A stretch of DNA of 64,000 nt. Origin: Lama guanicoe (Eukaryota). The position numbers and the translations under genes are program-made. How positions within the stretch are numbered: position 1 is the stretch's first letter; each line of letters opens with the position of its first letter. The stretch lies in NCBI GenBank assembly GCA_013239625.1, contig MU053365.1, positions 1,832,115 through 1,896,114 on the forward strand, given 5' to 3'. Shown in pieces: positions 24,876 to 38,339 of the stretch. The notes under the pieces were generated by a model, which saw only the letters and a program-made list of their open reading frames with translations, was not told the origin of the DNA and did not search any database.

Positions 24876-26439
24876 GGAAGCTTTTACGGTTTTCCCTGTA
24901 TCCTGAAATTTCCTGATGAGGTCTCCTAGTTTCAGTCATTTTCCTTCCTATTGCTAGGCATTTGGTTGCCCCTTTCAATGTAGGAGCTCATATCCTTCAG
25001 TTGTCAGAGATACATTATTTTATCATTGATAATTGCCTTCCTTTTTTCCCTCTGCTTTCTCATTCTGGACTGTCAACATAAACAGGGTCACAGAGTCAAA
25101 AGAACCTTCTGTAATAAGTATTCTTAAATGACTTCTAGCAGATTCACGTATAAATTTCAAATGGAATTGTATCCCTTTGAAATTGTACATGAAATACCAT
25201 TATTTATCTATGTATTCTCTATTTTTCCTGAAAGATAATCATCTAAAACTACTTTTTATTCTTTTGTTGTCCCCAGCAAATCTAGTCCTTGAGTGTGACA
25301 AGACCTTAGCTTGTAAGAAAATGCAATTATGAACTGCTGATGGGTTTAAAGATGAGGAGGAGAGAGCAAAAGGTTTGGAGAAGGTAATAGTTCCTGATAG
25401 GTACACCTGACACTCTATATGACATGAATGGCTGTTGGATTTGCTTCATTCAATAAAGAAAACGGATGTTAAAAGGTAAGCCAGCTATTTGACTGATTTG
25501 AAAGGCGAAAGAAAAATATCTGATCTGTTAGTCTAGTGAATGCACAAGCTTTGTGGCTATCAGTTGAATATTATTCACAAAATGAATGAGATTCAAGACC
25601 TTACTTTAAAGAAAGAAATGAAAGAATCCTCAATAATGGAATTAAATTCACTTTGTGTGCCAAAGTCTCGTATAATATTTCATTAAGCTGTGAACTGTGT
25701 CTTCTGATAAATAATATCCTATGTATGGCTATGTATTTACTTGAGATTTAATGAAAAAAAAAGAAATTGAAACTGTTTTAATGGAAAATCTTCGCAATTA
25801 GTCTCCAAAATAGCTTCTTAAATTGCTCAGTTTCAAGAATATTTTTGGCAAAGCAATGTATTATAGTAAGTACAATAATAGTTCTAAAAAATCCTTAAAA
25901 TCTTTCACTTTTTTACCATTTAAAATTGCTATTAAGTTAATGTTGGCATCATTTCAAACAAGCCATCTTTAAATAGTTTCCTTTATATACTTTTTCTTAT
26001 AAACTTGTTTCATCAAAATGCCATGCTAATGGGCCTGCAGCTGGTTTCATATTAGAACAGTTCTAACAAGAGCTCTCTAGTCATTCCCAGAACCACAGAA
26101 TTATAATTTTTGTAGGAAGAAGTAACTTGCTCCATCAATTATCCTCTTTCCTGTATCTTACTCCCCTATCCTGGCACCCTTTCCTTGGCTTGAAAACATT
26201 TTCAGATCTCCACCATTTGAAACAAATCCTTGTGAACTCCTCTTCCTCCTCTAGCCACTGCATATTCCCTTCTTTGACTCACAGTCAAATTGTCTGAAAA
26301 GTATACTTCTGAATGCTGATCATAAATAAGTGGGAAGAGGAAGGTGGCAGAAAGTACAGGATTGCAACCTGGGCTGAAGTTTTTAAGACCTAAGAGCAGG
26401 AGGAGGTGAGAGGCTGGAGTAACTCCAGATTAGGCATTA

Positions 26440-26660
26440 ATGGTTGTTAAGAGAATGAGGCTCTCAGATTATATAGACCTGTCTTCAAATTCCTACTTTT
26501 TCACTTGATCATCTCTGACACTAGAGAAGTCATTCAACCTAATAAGCCTCCATTTTCTTATGTGGAAATGAAATAATAATGGTACCTACCAGTGTTAGAA
26601 TCAGGACTCAATTTGATAGTATAAGAGCTTAATAAATATTAGTTGCGATTGCTACTATTA
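26440..26660 (+). mobile_element. MIR
   Basis: GTTAAGAGAATGAGGCTCT...AAGCCTCCATTTTCTTATGTGGAAATG. Confidence 0.7.
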
Positions 26661-27529
26661 TCAGAGACTGATACGTCTAGCATGAATTTAAGTAAAACCT
26701 GAAGCACAACATTCCAGGATAAAACAGGCTGGTTAATTCAAACAAATGAGGAAAAGCCAACAGCAAGCAATGGGGCTGCAACTAGAGACTGCGAGATAGA
26801 CCAAACTGCACTGGGTGGACAGAGAGATGGAAGATCTGAATGCCTCGGACACAGAGACAGGACAAAGAAGTACATAGAAAGCAGCTGCATACAGCACCGT
26901 CATCTGCAGTCTCCCCCCACAGTGGGATCAGTTCAAGGATTAACTAGTACTTGCTGGTTAAATTTTCTTTTCTGGAGTATTCTGAATGTGAAAGGTGGAT
27001 TCCCATGACTCCTCCCTCAAGCTATACACTTAATGAACTAGGTAATGAAATGGGCCTGGTGTTCTCCTGGGTCAAACATCACTTATATGATGTTTCTAAT
27101 TACCAAGAAAGTTAGTTATGGTGTAGGACACAGCGTATAGGTCACAAGAAGTGGTGATGATGGTCATAAAGAATAGTAAGAGTGAAAGAAGGAGTGGAGA
27201 GAAGTTATTGTTAAGCACTGGATGAAGAACAACAAGTTGTTATTCATTGTAGAGTAAATAGATTTTGCAATGCTTTTTTTTCAGCAGAAGATATAGAAAT
27301 TTAGATAACCTCTGCTATAATTTGTACATTTCTGTGTGGTGCATACAGGATTTGGGGGGTATAAACAGCACTACAAAAAACCAGATATTATATTATTTGA
27401 TATATTCAGTTTTGTAAAGATTTTGAATTAGTTTGATTGTGGTGGTTGTTTCACAAAGTGTGCATGTGTAGATTCTGTATATATAAAACTGTTAAGTTCT
27501 ACACTTTAAATCCATACAATTTAAAAAAA

Positions 27530-29055
27530 GGAATTTATACTCCAGGGCATTGCTGAAAACAATTAAGCAATCTTGGCCTGTAATTTGTGAAATTTAACAG
27601 CTAAGTTTCTTTAAGGAAACAGTATATGACGGCCCTACATACTACTATCATCACATGGTTACTGTGGGCATAATCAAACTTGTGCCCTCAGAGAAGAAAC
27701 AGTAGAGGTTTAACAATGTGTGTGGGGGGTGGGGGTGGGGGGAGAGAATAAATCTCTCTAAAATAATGCATCCCATCACTAAAGAAATAATAATATGTTC
27801 CAGAGTAGGGGACCATACCTAGTATTATAACATTATCTAAAATGTCCAGTTTCCAACAAAATTTATAAGGCATGCAAAGATAGTAAAGAATGACCCAGAT
27901 GCTGGGAAAAAAAGGAGGTAACAAAACCTATGAGTCACTAGATGTCAGATTAAATAGAAAAAAAATCATTGCAGCCATTATACAAATGCTCACAGAACTA
28001 AAGATAAACGTGATTAAAGTAGTGAAGGAAGGTGTGATGAGATGTCAAATTAAATAGAGAATCTCAATAAAGGGACAGAAATTTTTAAATCGAACCAATG
28101 GAAGTTTTGGAGTTGAAAACTATAATAACTGAAACAAAAATTCACTAGAAAATCTCAGCAATAGATTTGAACTGGCAGAAGAAAGAGTTATTAGACATGA
28201 AGATAGGTCAATAGAGATTATGCAAGCCAAAGAATAAGGAGAAAAATGAACAGACGCTAGGAGAAATGTGGGGAATCATTAAACATACCAACATACACAT
28301 AATAGGAGTACCATAAGGAGAGGAGAGAGAGAAAGAAGAAGAAATAATATTAGAGTAACTGATAGCTGAACATGGTCCAAATTTACTGAAAAACAGTAAT
28401 AAACATATTCAGAGAGCTTAACAAATTCTAAGCAGTAAAAACACAAAGAGACTCACAGATATATTATAGTAAAAAAAAAAAAAGGCTGTAAGTCAAAGAC
28501 AAGGAGAAAATACTGAAAGAAGAAGGAGATAAATGACATGTCACTCACAAGGGAACCCCAGTAAGATTAACAGCTGAATTCTAAGTGAAAAAAACATTGG
28601 CCAGCAGGCAGTGGGGTAAATGTTCAAAGAAAAAAATCTAACAAACAAGAATCCTATAACCAACAAAGTTATTGATCAAAAATAAAGCAAAATAAAGGAA
28701 AAAGGTTGAATATGTTTCTAGCAGACTTGCCTTACAAGTAATTCTAGACATTTCTTTAGTTTCAAAACAAATGATCACAGAAAATAATTCAAATCCATAT
28801 GAACAAAGCACACTAGTAAATATAATAATGTAATTTGAAAAGACAATATAAATGCATATTTTTCTTCTTTCTTATCTTAATTGATCTTAAAGCAGTTGTA
28901 TAAAATATACATATAGCATATTGTTGGGCCTATCACATACAGAAATGCAATACATGTGTAATATGTCTACCAAATACACTACAAAGGGAAGTAAGTGGGT
29001 TGGAATAAAGCCATAACGGGCTAAGAAAATGATGCCAGATGGTAAAGTAGTAAGT
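27530..29055 (+). mobile_element. Old L1 (L1MB/MC-type) 5'UTR, ORF1 and inter-ORF region
   Basis: ORF1-type DNA (AAAAATTCACTAGA...AATAGATTTGAACTGGCAGAAGAAAGA and AATAGGAGTACCATAAGGAGAGGAGAGAGAGAA), no longer open. Confidence 0.8.
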
Positions 29056-29059
29056 CCAG

Positions 29060-29560
29060 CAATGTTATGTTGGTGAGGATGTGGAGGGCTGGAGCCCTCA
29101 CACACTGTAGGTGGGAATGTGCAATGGTGCAGAAACTGAAAAAGTCTAGCAATTCCTGGAACAATTAAATGTAGGGTTACCATATGACCCAACAATCCTA
29201 CTCCTAGGTATGTACACAAGAGAAATGAAAATGTGTTCATACAAAAACTATTACACAAATGTTCATAACAGCATTATTTAAAATGGCCAAAGGTGGAAAC
29301 AACCCAAAAGTCTATCAAGAGACAAACAGATAGACAAAATGTGATATAACCATACAATGGAATATTATTTGGCCATAAAAAGGAATAAAGTAATGTTATA
29401 TGCTACAAGTTTGATGAACCTTGAAAACATTAAAGCTAAATGAAAGAAGCCAGTTACAAAAGACCAAATATTATGTGATTAAATCCATATGGAAATCTAC
29501 AATAGGCAACTACATAGAAATAGAAAGTAAACTAGTGGTTAATTAGGGCTGGGGAGTGAT
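29060..29560 (+). mobile_element. L1MB-like 3' region
   Basis: TGTTGGTGAGGATGTGGAG...CCATATGACCCAACAATCCTACTCCTAGGTAT. Confidence 0.85.
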
Positions 29561-29709
29561 GCACTTTAAGGGTCTTTCAAAATGATTCCTATTATGTCTA
29601 TTAATAGGAAAACTACATGAACTAGACAGAGTAAGTACTTCCTTAAAATCAGATGGATTCTAAAGTTTTTATCCTGCTCTCAGTTAACTATTTAGAAGGC
29701 CCTTAATAT

Positions 29710-30060
29710 CTAAGTTTTATGTATAAATTTGGCTAGCCGATTGTACCCAGATCATTGGTTAACCATTATTCTGGATGTTTCTATGAAGGTGGTTTTTTGG
29801 GGGGGCTGGGGATTAATATTTAAATTAGTAGACTTTGAGTAAAACAGATTATCCTCCATAATATGGGTGGGCCTCACCCAATCAATTGAAGACCATAAGA
29901 GAAGAAACTGACCTCCCTAGAAGAGGAGGGAATTTTTCCAGCAGACTACTTTTGTACTCTAACTGCAACTCTTCCCTGGGTCTACAACCTACTGGCCTAT
30001 CTTGCAGATTTTGAACTTTCTAAGATTCCACAATTACATGAACCAATTCTTTAAAATCAA

Positions 30061-30106
<46 letters not shown>

Positions 30107-30249
30107 CACACATACACATATATATACACACACATATACATGTACAAACACACAATATGTGTATATACACACATATATACATATAGACACACACATGCAC
30201 ACACACAGCCTTTTGTTTCTCTTTCTCTGGGGTACCCTGACTAATATAT
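29710..30249 (+). mobile_element. ERVL LTR (MLT2-type) with internal (TC)n(TA)n(CA) microsatellite
   Basis: GACTTTGAGTAAAACAGATTATCCTCCATAATATGGGTGGGCCTCA...CCCTGACTAATATA terminus. Confidence 0.88.
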
Positions 30250-31304
30250 TGCCCCAGAATCAGAAATTAGCAGACCTGGGAACTGGTTGCCCAGTTGCAA
30301 CGAATAATTTTTCATTTTACTCTCCACATCTTCCTCACTGATAAATCATCTTTGGATCTGGCGTCTTCAGAGGATATTATTACATGTCCATGATGTTACC
30401 AAATCACTGCTTTCACCAACTTTCCTCATTCCAAATTTTGCCTCATTCTTTAAGACTGGAATTTTGCTTGGTCTTTGCTCTTCCTTTGTTGTGATTTCAA
30501 GACTGAGCCTTAGCCTGTGCCCCAGCCCAGTATTCAGGGACTTTTGACTATGGTTTGATACGTCGGATGTCAGAACTGTCAAACAATTAGATGTTCTAGC
30601 GCCAACTACTGTCTAATTCATGTGTCAGATTTTCATGTGTCTCTCCTAGGGCTGGTTGATATTTTGGAGAGTTCTTTTATTGCTGGCTCAGTTTTCCAAG
30701 TTAGAACTTAGCTAGCGTTCTGTAAGTCACATCTATTCATGAGCAATCTGAATGTCCAACTTTCTGACTAAATCATTTATACCTGTATCAACAGAGTAGT
30801 AGCTTCAAGAAGCTCCAAATTTTGTTCCCTTTGTAAGTAAAAAGATTTTGACCTCATACAGGAAGAAGGTTTAAAGATAGGCCTGAAGTGAGTCAGATGT
30901 AGGATTAGGAATAAATCTCCAAATCCCTGACTCAATCTTGCACAATCCCACAAAATCAGTGTCTTCTCTAAAAAGCTTACTGGCAACCAATAAATCATCT
31001 GGAGATGTTAAATAGACTTTATTAAACAACATTTTGACTAAGAGTAGACATATGAGAAGCACAGATTAAATTTCTTTTACAAGGTTCCTCAGTTTCTCGT
31101 CTAAATGGTAAGTTTCTCTTTAGGTACTTTTTGCTCTGAGCTAAGGACTAAGTGTTAGCATGACCTCAGATGTTTATTAAGCCCCAAATATAAACTCATC
31201 TGAATATAGCTCACAAACTATTGAAACAAAGCTGAATAATTGAGCGCAGCAACTGCCTTCCAAGTCGTTGTGGCAGAGTTCCACTCACAGTACCTGCCTA
31301 GTTC

Positions 31305-31513
31305 AGTTTTTGATTTACAATATTGTGTTAGTTTCAGTTGTACAGCAAAGTGATTCAGTATATAAGTATATATACACACACATATATACTGAATGTATAT
31401 TCTTTTTCAGATTCTTTTCTAGTATAGGTTATTACAAGATATTGAATAGAGTTCCCTGTGCCGTACAGTGAGTCCTTGTTGTGTACCTATTTTACATACT
31501 GTGGTGTGTATCT
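31305..31513 (-). mobile_element. L1 3' end stub
   Basis: GATTTACAATATTGTGTTAGTTTCAG...AGTTCCCTGTGCCGTACAGT. Confidence 0.85.
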
Positions 31514-31735
31514 CTAGTTAGGTTTTAATTCTCACTCTTGCCCATGTTGCTGATTTTTTTTGACAAACCTCAAGCCCATAACAAACTTAGTGTCAGCATT
31601 CTTTCCAGTGGACTACTTTTATTTCACAAATATGACATTCTCTCTTAATTCTAGGCCTTTATAAATTTTTTCTACCTCTTGCAATATTTATCCCCACCCT
31701 GGCTAACTTCCATCATCCTACTTCTGAAAGCTTTG

Positions 31736-32219
31736 TGTAATGGCTCAGGACCCTGTGGGGCCTTCCCAGGACAGATCCCTCCCCCATATCCTCTTTTGTA
31801 GCTCCTCTCTGAAGTACTCAGATAATACTATCTCATGTACATTTCCTGAGTTTTTCAGATGCTAAAAACCACCACCAAAGGGAGGAAATTAACTACTTGA
31901 TGATCCTGAACATATGGCCCCCAGGCCTTCTGGCGCCTAGGGATTGCTAGCTTGACCACCCTGTTACCTTCCTATCAACCCATCAGAGAATTACACATGA
32001 GCTGATCATGCATGTATCCTGTGACTGCCCCCTCCCCACTCACCTGCCTTTAAAGATGCTTTGCTGAAACCCTTCGGGGAGTTCGGGGTTTTCTTGGACA
32101 GAAGCCACCAGGTCCTCCTTGCTCGGCCCGGCAATAAAGCTTTCTCTGCTCCAAACTCCAATGTTTCAGTTTGTTTGGCCTCACTGTGCGTTGTGCACAT
32201 GGACTTTCATTCAGTAACA
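31736..32219 (+). mobile_element. Solo ERV1-type LTR (484 bp)
   Basis: TGTAA...TAACA termini, TATA-like TTTAAAG, AATAAA near the 3' end and 4-bp flanks TTTG/TTTA. Splits an L2 fragment. Confidence 0.85.
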
Positions 32220-33290
32220 TTTACTGTATCTCCAGGCTGGGTCAGGTGACCTGTCTTTGTGGTCCCATAACACCCGATGTTTATCACATCAGCCCTTACC
32301 GCATGCATTGAACTGTGTTTGTGAATTAATCTGTTTACTTTAGACTATCAGTGCCTTGAGTATGAGAATAGTATTTACTTTATTCACCAATTCTATGCCT
32401 TATTCATCCTGGTATCCCCAAGGACTAGTACATATCTGTTTATGTATTTATGTCCTCACCACACTGAGCATCTCTGTATCTAATTGCACCAGTAAACATT
32501 AACTAAATAGTGGCTAGATAGAGGATGGATGGAAAGATTAACATCAAGAAAACAGGCTCTAGTCTGGACATGTAACACAGGAACATTGGGATTGTGATCC
32601 AGGGTCGATTTCTGATCCAGGAACTCAATACTTTGGACCCATCTCAGGTACAAATTCAATGCACGTGTGGGATGCCTATAAAATGTAAATAAACAACAAG
32701 TCCATGAGCCACGGCTCCGGTCCTAGGTGTTAAGACGTATTTTACACTGTCACCCTCCACAAGCCTTTGTTTAGTGTTTGTATTCTCTATGAAACACCAT
32801 TGGAAATCTCTCAAATCCTAGCAAAAGCTTATACATGTCTTCAAGGAGAAGCACTTTTGACCTTTCCTTCATTTTCCCTAATTTCTTTCAAACGGACTAC
32901 TCTTTCCCTTGCCCTCCCATTAGATTGTGTCTTCCTGGATTAGAATTCTTCACATATTCTGACTGGTAGAGGAAAAATAGTCACAGCCCTGACCCCAAGG
33001 TGCACAGTCAAGAGAGGACTTGTCCATCACAGAAAGCTGACAACATATAAGGCATAATGTGCCTATGTGTTTGCCTTTGTACTAGGCTATAAGCTATCTG
33101 AGAATGAGGACTGCTTTGATTCATCTTTGGATCTTCAATATCTATCTAGTTAGAAACTGACACAAAAGTGTTGTTTAGCTAACATGGATCTGACTTGTAA
33201 AGATACCTATTATGTTTCTTATTCTCAGATGAGTCAAGAAGCATGTGAAAATGGATGCATGATAGTCAGCTTTTTAGAAAATATTTAATA

Positions 33291-33317
33291 TACACACACA
33301 CACACACACACACACAC
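33291..33317. repeat. (CA)n microsatellite
   Basis: Seen directly in the sequence. Confidence 0.95.
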
Positions 33318-33319
33318 CA

Positions 33320-33680
33320 AGGGTTCAGATGCTAGGGATACAGTAATAAGCAAAGCATATAAATTAACTGTCATCGTGAAACTGACACTCTAAAAGGGGG
33401 ATATAGACAATAAATGAGTAAACAAATCATACACTCTAGATATTAATAGGTGCTGTGAAGTAAAAGAAGGGCAAAGAGATAATGATTGAGGGTTGGGAAC
33501 TGTGATGGGATGGTGACTGTAATGTGTGGTAGTCAGGGAATGCTGCTCTGTAGAGATGAATAAATTAAGTCATGAAAATTCATGATGGAGGCACATTCCT
33601 GGCAGAAGGAACTGAAAGTTCCCCTGAGGTAGTAACGTACTTTGTGTATTTCAGGAGCAGATAGAAGGATAGCTCCTCGG
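33320..33680 (-). mobile_element. L2 fragment
   Basis: AGATGCTAGGGATACAG...CATTCCTGGCAGAAGGAAC pattern. Confidence 0.65.
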
Positions 33681-33902
33681 GATTATTGCTTGAGGAGTTT
33701 AGAGAAAATTTTACAAAATAAGTTATTTTCAGCCAGGATGCATTTTTCCACATGAAGAAGGTGGCGGGGGGTGGGGGGACATTTCAGATTGACAAAACAT
33801 CACAGGGGTAAAGGGATTATGTAAGAGTTGGGGACAATAAAAATTCCAGTGGTGGAAACAAAGATTTTGTGGAGATAGAGAAACGTTTCACTGGAAGTGA
33901 AA

Positions 33903-34090
33903 TTTAGATAAACAAGATTACACTGTATAGCACAGGGAAATATACACAAAATGTTATGATAAATCACAGAGAAAAAAATGTGACAATGAGTGTGTATATG
34001 TCCATGAATGACTGAAAAATTGTGCTGAACACTGGAATTTGACACAACATTGTAAAATGATTATAAATCAATAAAAAATGTTAAAAAAAA
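33903..34090 (+). mobile_element. Young camelid-type L1 3' end stub
   Basis: ACTGTATAGCACAGGGAAATATA...GACACAACATTGTAAAATGATTATAAATCAATAAAAAATGTTAAAAAAAA. Confidence 0.9.
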
Positions 34091-36529
34091 GGTAAAATTT
34101 CATAATTAAAAAAAAAAAGAAGACAGTGAAGAACAGAGGCAAAAAAGTGAAGGAACTTGGAGTCCATGTTAATGCATTTGGATTTTTCTTACAAGTATGT
34201 TTAAAGCAGCGAAATATTGTGTTTTAGAAAGAATACTCCAAGTAGCCCTTGGAGATTAGATGAGAATGAAAGATATTTCCACACAGGGAGACCATTTAGG
34301 AGGATGCTACAATAGCACTGTTGGGACATGATGTAGCAGTGAATATGGGCAGAAGGGGTCAGACTTGAAAGACACTTCTATGGTATGACCACTTAATGAT
34401 TTCAGCCCAAACTCAAGTTAGATATGAAAAAATAAATACATGGAGTTTAAACAGTGCACTGAAAAATAAGACAGAACTCTGTAAATCAAAAGCATTGCAA
34501 ACACATAAATGCTATGTAGTCTTGAAATCCTGGCCCTGCTGAGCTGTAAGTCCTCAAGCAGATCAAGGAAGCTGGGCATTAAGTACCTACAGAGTAACAG
34601 GAAGGGAAATACTGAATATGCTGCTAGAAATCTCAGTCAAGTTCACTGAGTGAAATCAGGGTCCCTGACAGAGTTAGCTTCCTGTGAAAGGAGACTGAAA
34701 AGGCTGTAACCACTGCCTAATTTTTTTTTAATATAAAGCTAGTACACATGTGGTTGGAGGAACCAAAGAAATTCTCAGAGTCTAGGAAAGGGATCAAATA
34801 TCCCACTGTTTGTTTTAGTGACAGCATCTGCCAATTCCCCATTATCTCTCTGCGATGGAAGAGCCATGACACCTGGGTTGTCAGAGCCAAGGTGGAGGCA
34901 ACCACAAAGCTGCTAGACAGGGATGGTTAAACATAGCTGGGGTGGGGGAGAGGGCAAAAGAAAAGCTACAGAAGATGTGTCTGAAAATGAAAATTCCAAA
35001 GGACACAAAGAAGAGTCTAAGAAAGATTGCCAACACACGTAAGAGTCAAATAATTTCACTGTCAATAGGGTGCAAATAATAAAAGAATCTCAAAATTATT
35101 TTGAAGTATTTTTAGAATGTCCAAAGAGAGAAAGGAATGGACAGCACCCATTGGAAAAATAAGAAATCATAAACCCACAACAGAGAAATAAAATTAAAAC
35201 AGAGTTATAAGAAACATTATCAATCATTTTCATTAAAAAACTATTCAGCAGGACACACTTGGTCAAAAGGAGTCATAGTTAAAAGGAGTATGATAGCAGA
35301 AAAGAAAAATTCACTCTGTGGTCTCAATAGCAGATTTGAGATGGCAAAGAAAGAATCAAGTTCATTGCTACCAGATCTGTCTTACACAAAATGTAAAATG
35401 ATGATGGATAGTAACTTGAATCTATAGAAAGAAATGCAGAGTAGCAGAAATGATAACTATGTGGGTAAATATGTGGAGTAGTTACAGATGATTCCTAGTA
35501 TTCTGTCATGAGGACAGATGGAAAGGGAATATAGAGAGGGGAGCAAGTTTGGGCAGGTCAGAGAGATACTCAATTCAGTTTGGGCATGCTGAATTTGATC
35601 ACCCAGGTTCCTCTAGGCATCCCAGCAGAGACTGGAAATTAAGGCAGCCAAAGAAGCCACAAAAATACTGAATAGTGTCAGGAAATCCAAAGGCCAAAAA
35701 AAAAGAAAAAAAAAAAGAGAGAGAGAGAGAAACTTAATTTTGAAAAAAATCATGGAAAATCCACACAGTATATGTTGCATGAAGATGCAGAAATCATAGC
35801 CTGATTGGAAAGGGTTTGGAATCTTCAGTCTGTAAAGTCAGAAAGAAATCTATAAGGATTGAATTAGATAGAAAAAAAAAAAAAGAACAACGTAAAGGTC
35901 TTTTCCTGTAAAATCCACATATTAATCTAGTATCGGGACCAGGGACATTCTGAAAACAGGTCATTTTTGTAGATAAAGATAAAGGACTGCTCTGAACTGG
36001 AGGCATTGGTCATGAAAATGTTCTATAGATTAAAAATATAAAAAGGATCAGCAAAAGTTGAGATCAATTCACTGATGTAAGATGGAAAATAGCTGAATCA
36101 AGGAGACTCAAACTTGGTTCCTAACCTTATGAGGGCAACTTGCATTTTTTTTCACAGACCAAATCTTTTTCTGCTGTCAGAATAGTCAGATGGACAATTG
36201 AGCGGACCTAATGCTGCATGCCTTATACTTTATGACTTCCTGAAGCTGGAAATTGGCTGCAAGTGCTGAATCCAGATGAAATCTGGCCTTCATTCTAAAC
36301 TCGTAAGTCAAGGATCAATTATTAAAACAGGTCTACAAAGGAAATATGATCGGCTTTTAGTCTTGTTAATCACCTGAGCTTGTGAGTGTAGTTTTGTGAC
36401 ATTCTAGAGTTGCCCATTTCATGAGTATTAAATATTTTGAGTAGGTATTTCTGCATAGAAATATACACCATATTATTATATCACACTGTCTGATTTGAGA
36501 ACAAAACTAATCATGAAAATTGAAATGCA

Positions 36530-37190
36530 ACAGTCAGAATTGTAGGGTTGGAAGAGACCTTAGAGATTATCTGGTCCAGTTTCCTACCAGGCCTGGGAAA
36601 GTTCCTGCCTCGGTTCCCCACATGAGCATTCAACTCAGCTGGAAATCCCTGAGTGACAGAGAGGGACGACTGTGTCCCATCAGCTGAGCGCTGTTCCACA
36701 TGCATAGTGTCTGCTTTCTCATACACCATTTCATATAGCTTTCACTATATGCCTCTAGCAGTTAGGCCATTCTACAGACAAGGAATCTGAAGCTCAGGCA
36801 TGTTAAGTGACTTGTCTAAAGTCACAAAGTTAGTAAGTGGTGGGACCCAGAAACAATCCCTCTTCTTTATCTGACTACAAGCCACACACTTTGTCCATTA
36901 ATAATGACATTCTAATTCATCACTGTATAAGAAGCCCTTTCCACAATTCTCATTATTATCAAAAAAAAAATTTCTCTGAGTTGGGTCTGAAAATCAACCC
37001 CTTTTATTTCCAGATCATTCTTCCACATGGATGTGCATTCAGTTTGTAAAGACTATCATTGTGTTATCTACAGGTCTTCTCCAAGCTCAGTGTCCCCAGT
37101 TACCTCTACAGTTCTTCACCGAACAGGGCACAGGCCACTGAGATGGTGATGGTCTCTGCATGCACTCTAGTTTGTCAATAGCCAATTTCA
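36530..37190 (-). mobile_element. L3/CR1 LINE remnant, interrupted by a MIR (about 36740-36900, minus strand)
   Basis: GGAAGAGACCTTAGAGATTATCTGGTCCA and TCTTCTCCAAGCT...CCCCAGTT...CACTCTAGTTTGTCAAT are CR1-type motifs. MIR core AAGTGACTTGTCTAAAGTCACA. Confidence 0.65.
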
Positions 37191-38339
37191 TATAATAAAG
37201 TAGTGACTTATCTAGCCTTGGTCCTCACAAGAGCAACTTTGTTCATGAGTTCACATCATCCTGTAGGGCCAAACTCTTCTAAAGAATGATAAGACAGATA
37301 GGCTTACAGAAGCTTCACTTAAACTTTTCCATGGATCCATTTCAATATAGTGATGGTTATGGAAATGTCACTTTGCGACACAGCACTGTCTTTTGGCTGA
37401 CAGCCAAAACATGTGCACAGCTCAATATCAGAGAGAATGGGCCTGCAAGGGATTTTTAGAAGTGACTTTTCAGGTTTCAGAAGTCCATCGAACTGTCACA
37501 TTCTTAATAAAATAGACTAGCATTCAAAGCACAGAGCAGAACCTCTTTTATCTTCCCTGTCACTGCACCACGAGTATCTAATAGAATATTATGGCATATC
37601 CTGACAGAACGTGAACCATAAAAAATACAAATTGGAATTTTCTTGGCTAATTTGTCAGTGGAGGGGGCCTACAGGAAAGAGAATAAAGACATGCAACAGT
37701 GGATACTTAAAGTGGATACTAAGAAATACTGGTGATCTATACATAAAGAAAATTTAACAAAACCAGAACATTGAAACAATATGTTAATATAATAGGATTT
37801 CTTTTAATTTTCATATTCCTTCGAGAGGAATTCATAAGTAAGTCAAGGTGATTTTTCCTGAAGCACAGAAAAATTTAACTCAATGTCATCCATAGAAATA
37901 TAGATTTGGCCTAAAGGCATAACAGTTTCCCTTCCCATCAAGTGTTACTAATCTTGAAAGTCCATCATTTCAGTGTATTTTCTATGGGCTCTTTGTCAAC
38001 TGATACAGGTTCTACAAGACTGGTCTTTCAGCAGTATAATCACATGTGTTCTTTGAAATGGTAAGGATTCTCTCTCTCTGATGCTCTCTTCATCTATGTA
38101 TGTGGTGTATAGACGTACACACACACACACACCCCCCACTTGGCTGTTTATAAAACTTTCACATCCAATCTCCCAATTATCATTTCAAAACTCTTGCAAA
38201 ATACTTAACAGAGATTAAAGCCATTGTAAGTGTTTCTAAGTCAGAAAAGTACTCAGTCGCCATTGGCCTCACATTACCCAAGGTGTCCCTAAAGAGACTG
38301 GAGGTTTGTTGATTACTTTGCATGAATTATTACAATGTT

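Noticed and set aside
24586..24978. Longest ORF (130 aa)
   Set aside because: It overlaps a decayed MLT1-type LTR, starts at TTG and has no recognisable domain.
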